From contig CBFFRP010000371.1 of NCBI GenBank assembly GCA_965644295.1, forward strand, positions 227,444-291,443: a stretch of DNA of 64,000 nucleotides, read 5' to 3'. Under the pieces are notes generated by a model. The model worked only from the letters and a program-made list of their open reading frames with translations. It searched no databases and had not been told where the DNA came from. This DNA comes from Paraphysomonas bandaiensis (Eukaryota > Protista > Chrysophyceae). Below, in pieces: positions 62,846-64,000 of the stretch (the first letter of the stretch is position 1; each line of letters starts with the position of its first letter). The position numbers and the translations under genes were made by a program.

Positions 62846-64000
62846 GATCAACGCTGGCCACTTGAGATATTAATCCAAGCCAGGGCTGCGTACGACAGCG
62901 ACATAGGCGGTGCCAATAAAGCAGTATGGGACAGACTCCTTGCAGACAAGAGTGGAACTCCTACAGAGACCTCCAGCAGCATCCCCAAGGCTCCCTCGGG
63001 AGCAGCCATGGGACTCCGACTCTCCACATGGAACACAAATGGCAATCCGGCATCTCACACAGGCAAAGTCCAAGCTATCATCCGACACTTTAAGCGGCAA
63101 AAATTGGACGTGCTCCTATTACAGGATGTCCGTCTAACAGAAACTCAGGCCAACTTCTTCACACGTATCATAGAAGATGCAATCCAGGGATCAAGAATAT
63201 GCCTCTTCCTCAGCAAGCAGCCAAAACTGACTTCAAGAGACCCACTAATGGGGGGTACAGTAGTCATAATCAGCGAATACTGGAAGCACCGTCTCGCCTT
63301 CACAAAGGCTGACTTTACGGGACTTGGTTTAGTGAGCCGACTAGAGTTCAAAACGTCGGTGGCGCACACCCTAGTACTAATAAGCGTCTATCTACCCCCG
63401 AAGCCATCCACGCCAGGCTCTTGCACATTATGGAGCAAATTGACCAAGCTAGGGAGAGCGTCCCGTGGTATCTGTACTGCTGACCCCTACAAGCTCCTAT
63501 GTCAACATCCTTACGAAATGGGTCACTAAAGCCAGAGCCAAGGACCATACTGTCATTGTCGCCGGCGACTTCAATGGCTCCATGGAGACAAATCCGAAAG
63601 GCAGAGACATACGACCACTTGCCGACAAACTCCAACTGGCTGCACCACTCCATGCAGGCTTCTCCTACCCAGGAAAACATATCATACCTTCCACAGATTA
63701 GACAAAGGAATATCGCGGATCGACTACATTCTACACACGCGTTACTTCCGAACATGTCTGTTACGGACACTGGCCGCCTTGACTTTCACTACTCGCAGCA
63801 GCCTTCGATCATCGACCGGTCTGGGTCGGTTTCACTGTACCAGTCATCTTGACCCTCGACCACCTGAGGTCGCACCTCCGAATCCCCCCCGTCTCAATGT
63901 ATAGCCCGAAGGACTCCAAGGAAGTACAGGCATACACCGCAGAGACTCCTCCGACTTCATGCACAACTACCACATTTAGACAACGGATCGTCTGCCATAC

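Larger units (their letters stand above)
59195..64000 (+). mobile_element. Non-LTR retrotransposon-like element (5' part, runs off the window) with OTU, SET and APE domains; frameshifted
   Basis: Sharp switch to C/A-rich intronless sequence. APE motifs: LSTWNTNG, DVLLLQD, GGTVVII, LISVYLP, IVAGDFNG, TFHR...SRIDYILH, FDHRPV (63014-63835). RT is not in the window. Confidence 0.8.

Noticed and set aside
59195-64000. Helentron interpretation of the OTU/SET/APE element
   Set aside because: No Rep or PIF1 helicase motifs precede APE, and the sequence continues after APE as in LINE ORF2. Disfavoured rather than excluded.
1-64000. tRNA, rRNA or telomeric repeats
   Set aside because: None recognisable by eye; a covariance-model scan would be needed to exclude small RNA genes.

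Overview
Eukaryotic, AT-rich nuclear DNA with short (~45-100 nt) GT-AG introns. The gene set suggests a flagellated stramenopile-like protist (inference). About 20 protein genes are present, mostly as divergent head-to-head pairs: a 12-exon LRR protein, TEX47/DYBLUP-like, Nudix-like, bacterial-type SPFH, BCKDH E1-beta next to E2, an MPO1-cupin-PEMT fusion, gamma-SNAP, selenoprotein H, mitochondrial ACP, TTC29, a GT47-like transferase, a cation/H+ antiporter and CAP. TE debris lies between them: two LTR families, hAT, Harbinger-like and Crypton-like remnants, and two non-autonomous repeat families. Three observations stand out. (1) A non-LTR-retrotransposon-like element at the right edge carries an OTU protease domain and a SET methyltransferase domain directly upstream of its APE endonuclease. 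(2) A SelH gene, missed by the ORF track, has a UGA-Sec codon split by an intron and a clear SECIS in the 3' UTR. (3) A possible LTR-bounded 5.7-kb unit carries an intronless Nudix ORF lacking the catalytic glutamates. All gene models and family calls were made by eye from motifs; no database search was run.
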